This document shows positions 57,004 to 64,000 of a stretch of 64,000 nucleotides of DNA, one piece after another. The DNA lies in the NCBI GenBank assembly GCA_000182565.2, contig KQ257452.1; one strand, written 5' to 3'. This DNA comes from Spizellomyces punctatus DAOM BR117 (taxonomy: Eukaryota). The notes below the pieces were generated by a model. The model made no database searches, had not been told where the DNA came from, and worked only from the letters and a program-made list of their open reading frames with translations. Position 1 is the stretch's first letter; each line of letters opens with the position of its first letter. Position numbers and translations under genes: made by a program.

Positions 57004-57136
57004 AACGTTTTCTGTTACCAATATTTGTATTGGAAGATGTACGAGTGTTTTCGACATTAAACATTATACCAACGTTTTCTGTTACCAATATTTGTATTGG
57101 AAGATGTACGAGTGTTTTCGACATTAAACATTATAC
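57004..57136. repeat. Perfect tandem duplication, 67-bp period, 2 copies
   Basis: AACGTTTTCTGTTACC...CATTATAC at 57004 and 57071. Confidence 0.92.
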
Positions 57137-57220
57137 AAAAAAGCCAAGTATGTACAACATTTGCCATCGCCAAAGCACAACCGCTCGCGGTGCATGCTAC
57201 AGGGAAAGGCGGAGGACTCT

Positions 57221-58166
57221 TCATTCAGGCAGGTCTAGAATATCCCGAAGAGCCTCATCCAAACCATATTCTGCCGCTAGCTCTCGGGCACGGTAGAGGG
57301 GAATCCTGGTAAATAAAGGTTACCACCAGGCTCTACTGTAACTGGTACTACCCAGCATTCACCGATAACGTGCGACCATCAACTTACCAAGTGCCTTGGT
57401 ACTTCCCATATCCCCCTTGAATCTTTTCATGTTCACCCTGATGTATCTCTCGCTCGAGAACCTTTGTTCGTCGACTCTTTTCCATCCCAGCAGCTTTGAG
57501 GATATGTGTGGCATTCATCCACGAGTCATGCCGACGTCTCATTACACCAACGCCGTTTGGTGATGCCATTTCATATACAGGCACGTTTGAGTATGTCGCT
57601 TCGTATAAGCCTTTGCGGGCGGGGACTGGCATCCTTGGCGGAAGTGAAGGTGTAGGGCGCTTCGCTGGTGTTCCCATATGGCTGGAATTGTTTCGACGAA
57701 GAGCCGGTATGGGGAAGTTTGACGGACGGAAAACAGGGACGTTCACAGGAGGCTGTGCTTGCATGGAGTAGTAGTGCAATTGTTGCTGGTGCATGAGATG
57801 CTGCGGTGGCATCATGTACGAGGACGTCGGAGCTTGAGGTAGTATGTTTTGGAGAGTAGAGGCGGTTGATGAAGGTGACGCAGCCGGAGGTGTGTAGTAC
57901 TCTGGGGCCGGTGGTGCAGGCTGTGGTACGTGCGCTTGATGTTGTTGTACATAAACGGGTTTATAGTGAGGCATGGGACCAAGAGCATATCTGGGGTCTT
58001 CCCATGGTTGGTAAGGTGGACCCACTGGAGGGACTAGCGCCGTCGGATAGGAGGGCGGAGGAGGGGGAGGAGGTGTAGGAAGCACCAATTCAGCCGGGTC
58101 GACAGCGTCTTCCGCGTCGTCCTTTAGGCTCGCCAAAAAGTTTGGTTCATACAGTGAAGTCGACAT
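57221..58166 (-). CDS. APSES/KilA-N (Mbp1/Swi4-like) DNA-binding protein, 2 exons, no ankyrin repeats
   Basis: [48 protein letters not shown] / [19 protein letters not shown]. Confidence 0.88.
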
Positions 58167-58494
58167 GCTTGCAAAAACTTCCGCGTGTCCTCTGCGCGGA
58201 AAACCAGGAATGAAAATGGTATCCGTTTAAAAAAAAATGCAAAATGCCAATGTCCAAAACGAACAATGAGCCCAAGGGCAAAAGGAAGAAGCGGGAAAAG
58301 GTTGCTTAAAACGGACGCAACTTTTTCTGAATGGGCTGCGACTGTGCCACTACTGTGCCATTGTTGGAACGGCACAGTCATGTATTGTCTCAAATCCAGG
58401 AACTGCTTCTGGTGGGCTTTCTGTGGGTTGGGTGGTTGTGTGTGTGCGTGTTGGTGGGGTTTTGCGATGAACAGGAGACTTGAACCATATCGGG

Positions 58495-61400
58495 ATGCAC
58501 CACGGGAACGGATTGTTCACAGCGCTCGACACAGACCGGAAAGGTATGCGCTTCTCTGATGTAGGGAGCATTGGCAGAATGTCCTTGACGCCTTTGTCCG
58601 TTTTCAGTCAGTACGGACAGCGACCGGCGATAGAACGGCCATTTGAGTATGAGGAGGACGACCTGCAGAGACGACATCGCCGCTCCCTCCCAAACGAATC
58701 GCACCTGAGGGATGGAGCTCTTGAAAGGCCTTTGGCTCACCGTGAGTCGGAACCTGGTAGACTCGACGTGGACTATGCGAGATCGTTTAGCGAGGGAAGA
58801 ATGGGCGACGTTAGCAGATATGGTGCACCAGTAGGACGCAATGACGTCGAGTTTGGAAGAAGTAATGATCGTACTGTTCCCGCAACGTTTCGGGAAGGAG
58901 GAGAACGTGAATTTACAACGCCCGTCGCTCCAAGTGCCCATCCAAGAGAGCATGATTCCGGTTATTCGCGTGGATACCCATCATCCTCTTACAGGGACCC
59001 ACGGGACATGGAACATGGAAGAGAGCCCTATAGATACCGAGAGCCAGTTGGGGGGACTCTTTTGCGTGACACACGAGATGTGAGAATGTTTCCCTCGAAA
59101 AGGCCATCTTTGGAGTTGAAGCCAAGGGAATTTCCTGTGGGGCATCCAGAGAGAGAGGTATGTTCGGAAAATTATGTTTTTTAAGAAGCAATGTGATTGA
59201 CGATCTTCTTAGAGCCGTTATCGAGACTATCCCCAACCATTTCCAGATGCACGGACGCGCCCAGCACCTTCCGATGTCATAAATCCCTTTCGAGAATATC
59301 CACACCCGTGGGACAGAGCAGAAATTCCTGAAGACGTTCGTGGCTGGTCCAGAAATGAGGCTCAGGATTTGGAACGACATGAACTGTGGGATGATTACCG
59401 AGGGGACAAGTTTGGTGGATATCGGTCGATGGCTGATCCTCCTGAACGTGGACGAGATATTCGACCCGATGTAGAACGAGAAAGGGAGGCCGCGTTTCGT
59501 GGGTACGTGTGAGTCCTTCAAAATTAACACGATATCAGACCAGCCGACTCAAAATGCTCTATAGATACAGCCGAGAGCGAGTTCAAAGTCACCGTTTCCA
59601 AAGTCATCCTGCTTCAATTCGAGAAGCACACAATGATCCACTGAACTCTGAATTAGACAAGCATCTTCCTATGACGCCAAATGCTAATTACCGATCTGGC
59701 ACTGATTTTCGCTCAGTGCGACCAAGTCCCTATCAACCTCGAACAGAAACTACCGTGTCGCCGGGCAGTGCGCATGATATATGGCAGCCAACTGAACGTC
59801 CTCCCTTTACGTCAAGAGGGTCAAGTGATCGTTCACAGGAAGGGTCCTTACGGGGTGAGGTTGGCTTTAGGGCTGGATTTGGCGGACCACCTCCCAAGGT
59901 CTACGATCCTTCACCTGAAAAGTCGGACGACAAAACGGCCCCGGTGTTGACATCACCACATCCTGCCAATCCAGCATGGCAGAAACCTACAAGCGAAAAC
60001 AGGTTCAGTTACTTCTCGCGAGATGTACCAGAGTTGCCCCTAGACCGCGCACAACCCAGGCGGGCTGACAAAGGAGTGGAACAAAATGAGGAGGAAGAGG
60101 CGTCACTTCCGAGAGATCGCCATGCGGTTGAAGAAACGGCCTCGTCCGTTATCACACCTGACACGCCGTCGGCGACCAGGAAGGCAAGTCTCAACGAAAG
60201 TAGCCAGAGTTTGGAACGATTAGCAAGACTTGAGGATGAAATTGCAGAGTACAAAGAGCTATTGGCGTTAGTGAAGGAGCAAGCCGGCACAAAGCGAGAT
60301 GACAACGTTGCGGGACCGAATATCAAGACTGAAAATGATGATGAGCCCGCGTGGGAAAGCGATACACATCAAAGGTCGGGTAGTCCCGCAGCTAATGAAG
60401 ATGGAATGGACGTTGATTTTTCGGTAGAAGAGAATGATGGGGAATCAGGGAGTGACGGTGATGTAGGGGAAAGGGATACCGACAAGGAGTTGCAACTATG
60501 GGAGAGGATTACGAGAAAGAATCGAAGAAGAGCACGGCAGGTTCGGAAAAACATGTGCAAAAGGACAGATGCAAAGGTTTTCTATCTTCCGATCAAAGGC
60601 CTGTATACTGAACCATGCGACTACAATTTCTACCTACCGAACACGGAGATACACGCAACTATACGGGCACTTGTTTCACAGAAAATCTGCCATAGATTCT
60701 CGCAAAATGGAGAAAAGCGAGCGTCGTTACGGCAGGAATACAAGGAGCGACTTGGAGAGTGGCGTCGAACATCAGAACTAATCGAACAGGACGAGGCTAG
60801 AAAGAAGAGAAAACTCGGAAAGACTGGAGGAACCGTGCTAGGGAATACATCGACGACTGTCACATTCGCTGCAACTAGTTCCGGATCTAATGCTGGAGGA
60901 CTTTATACCAGAGGATCTCGCCGCACCGCAACTTTCACATCCGATACTGTTAGGACCGAAGCAGAATTTCAATACGCGCTTGCGCTTCTTGGCAATGTTG
61001 ATGACGATCCTACGGATCATGACCCAGCGAGATCCGCCGTAGAACCACCTATGGTTATGGATCCTCTCCAACGAAAGCTCCTTTGTTTTCGAAATTACAA
61101 TGATCTAGTGTACGACCCTGTGAGGGATTTGGAGCGCTACAATGCAAGGTTGACAATGACGTGGACGGACACGGAGCAGCGGATTTTCAAAGAAAAGATA
61201 TTGCAATATGGCAAGAACTTTCATTCTATATCCACCCATTTGCCGCACAAAACTCCTCGACAATGTGTCGACTACTATTACCGCGAAAAGAATCACCTTA
61301 ATCTCAAGCATGCTATAAAGCGGGCAATGAGTCGAGCAAAGCGTCGAGCGGCTGCTGCCCGAAAAGCTGGGAAAGAGATTGGCACAGAAGGGCCATCTTA

Positions 61401-62928
61401 CCTATTACTCCCAACCGGTGCCGCTTCCGCTAAGGATTCACCAACGTCGGCTGGTGGTCGACGAGGAGCAGGTCGGCCAAAGGAAGCTCCGCCTGGTAGG
61501 GTCGTAAAGATGGCGGACGAAACTACAGGGGATAATGGGCGCCGAGGCTCACGCAGTCGAATAAGGGTGGATGGGCAAGAAATACCTGGGGATCAGTCGG
61601 ACATTGAAGACGCCAGTAAACGGAGAAAGGGACCGCCATCAACGAAAGTGATGCACAGTGGTGAAGTCACTGAGCTTGGTTCTGGTCGCGCATTCGAGAA
61701 AAGCAGAAAAGAGGTTGTTTTTGAAATTACCCCTGATGCAGGCAAATATGATACGCCTGATGTGACCAGAACTCCCGCAACGACGCACCACAAGACCAAG
61801 GCACGCACTGTCCCCGCTGCTGACTTGGAGTTACCAGATGTGATAGAGGGGGATGACAGCACGACTGAGCGAGGTGTTGAAGATTTCGGTGAAGCCAGTC
61901 CATATGGATCGCTGGACTCACCGATGCCATCGCCGCGGACGGCTCTCAAGGGTTTAGCTCAAAGTGAAGACGTAGCCCTCTCGGACATGAAACAGCGAAA
62001 ACGCCATGGTCGACGAAGAGAGACTGAAGACACTGTCAAAAGCAGCTCTGGAGATTTGTTGGATGCGGACGTGGTTGACGTAGGCCGTTCGTCCCCGCAA
62101 CCAAAGCGAACCATATCGTACTGGAATAGTGAAGAAACAGTGGCCTTCAAGGATGCATATAAGGAGTATGGTACCAATTGGGAGCTGGTTGCGCGCCATG
62201 TTGGAAGCAAATCCGCCAAACAAGCACAGAACTATTACAAGAAGAATCAACTTGAACTGGATAGGCTTCTGGAGGAGACTCGCGCCCGATCTGTGGACGC
62301 GTTCAGAGTTGATGAACTGGGCTCTCGCTCTTATTTCACCGCTCGCCATCGGTTGCTGCATGAAAGTGCACAGCGAGGCTCTCCGGCAATCTTGGACCTG
62401 TCGCCACCTTCGTTCCAGAGAGTAGCTGATATGCTGTCATTGGACGATTCCAGTGAAGAGGCACAGGAGCCAGTTATCCGAAGAACAAAGACAGGAGGTC
62501 TACTCGATGCTGTGCCAAAAACCACAAATGTGCATGTGAAGACCAGCGGTTCGATGGACAACATTGACGAGGTTGCAGCCCAATTGGACATTAAAGCCGA
62601 GGTTATGCTTCAATCCATGTCGCTCCCAGATCACTTACCTCTAGCACCAGTGTACTATCATCCCTCGCTTACTCGAGAAAACCGCCCTCATCCTCAACAA
62701 GCTGCTGCCGCTGCTGCCGCGCAACGTGTCGCCAAAGCCGTGCAGCACAGCGTACATCCGTACGTTGAAAATTTTGTGCGCATGCAAAGACAGCAAGGCC
62801 CGCCTACATCCCCATCATCGAATACACATAGTGTGCCGGTACCTCAAGCAACGACTCCTGGGTCCCAACTCGGGAACATTGGCAACATTGCAATTACACG
62901 GTTTTTGAGGCCCTTTGCTAGTGAATAA
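58495..62928 (+). CDS. Two-SANT-domain corepressor (Snt1/NCoR-like)
   Basis: WTDTEQRIFKEKILQYGKNF..KTPRQCVDYYY and SYWNSEETVAFKDAYKEYGTNW..KSAKQAQNYY; start uncertain. Confidence 0.82.
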
Positions 62929-63366
62929 CATCCTATAGAGGTCGTTCTCTTTGTATTTTACTTGTTTAATTTTTTTTCCTTTTGTTGTTTATACTTTTTG
63001 GAATATGTGTAAATTTAAATAACGAAATGATCACCATAAGTCCAACTTGTGTGAAAACATTGAAACCGTTTTGGTAAATGAAACGCGGTTCGATAATCCG
63101 CAATATGTCCAAAAAAGGCAAAGTTGCCGCATAACGGATCAGGAGTGACGGGCGGACTGGCGTTTCATTTTTTTGGTCAGAAAGGCGGAGGCTCCTTTTG
63201 AAGGCTTTTCTCCCAAAGGGCCAAAAAAACGAGGCTGGTGCTTGTTGGTGGTTTGAAATTCCTTCTTTTTTGTGCTTTTGACTTTAATCTTTCGAGACCA
63301 CCTTCCCGCCTCCTTCAAGTCAAGTCTCTACGTTCCCGTCCACTTTCATTTCGTCAACTGCATCCA

Positions 63367-64000
63367 ATGTCGCGCGACCGCACGCAAGATCTCCGTCGCC
63401 CTACCAACAATGCTCCCCGCTACCCGTCGCCCGCAATGACGCAAACTCGCCCCGGTGGTTCATACAGTTCTTACGGTGGGAACGGTGGTTACGGTGAGAG
63501 CGACATGGAGATGGGTCGCTACGCTTCGTCATACGGAGGAGGAGGTGGAAACTCGTATGGACGGTCAAACAGCGGGTCTCAGTTGGACAGTTTCTTTGCC
63601 GACGTGGAGCAGGTTCAAAAGGGGATTGAGCGTGTACGACAGAATGTCAGAACCATTGAGCAATTGCACCAGCGGGCTCTCCTTGCAACGAGTCCAGATG
63701 AACAAGCTCGTGAGTAAAGAGAGACTCTTAGTGGCTCTTGCGTGTGAAAAGTGTGTTGATTGTTTTTTTGTTGTTGTTTGGCGTTAGGTTACACTCGCCA
63801 AGTGGACGATGTGCAGGACGAAACAAGCGACCTCATTCAAAGTCTGCGTGCAACAGTGAAAAAGATGGCTGCCGGAACAAAGAATGCATCACAGGCAGAT
63901 GCTGGTATCCGACAGCAACAGCAAGCAGGACTCGCCAAGCGACTCATGGAAGTAGCCCAAGAGTACCAGGACGTTCAAATGAAATCAAAACAAAAGTATC
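63367..64000 (+). CDS. Plasma-membrane syntaxin (Sso1/2-like), 5' part
   Basis: MSRDRTQDL N-peptide; Habc region LDSFFADVEQVQKGIERVRQNVRTIEQLHQRAL. Confidence 0.85.

Overview
Intron-rich fungal genomic DNA, very likely the chytrid Spizellomyces punctatus or a close relative (inferred from Spu-type Fanzor ends and a putative flagellar FBF1-like gene). Ordinary host genes occupy about 1-10.6 kb and 38.4-64 kb. Between them (12391-38328) lies a ~26-kb nested island. Two 5'-truncated, CpG-decayed Fanzor1 (RNA-guided RuvC) elements point outward in inverted orientation and keep their omegaRNA/terminal ends. They bracket an intronless endogenous Polinton-like DNA virus encoding a double-jelly-roll major capsid, minor capsid, A32 packaging ATPase, a ~2100-aa fibre split by one stop codon, and basic core-like proteins; its left edge carries hairpins and repeats. 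The virus is cut off inside the ATPase by an intact 8.9-kb Ty3/Gypsy chromovirus. That retroelement carries an apparent degenerate DAM-like methyltransferase domain, has no target-site duplication, and has asymmetric LTR mismatches suggesting inter-element recombination. The Fanzor omegaRNA regions contain tRNA-spaced A/B boxes. All calls are by eye without database searches, and exon boundaries are approximate.
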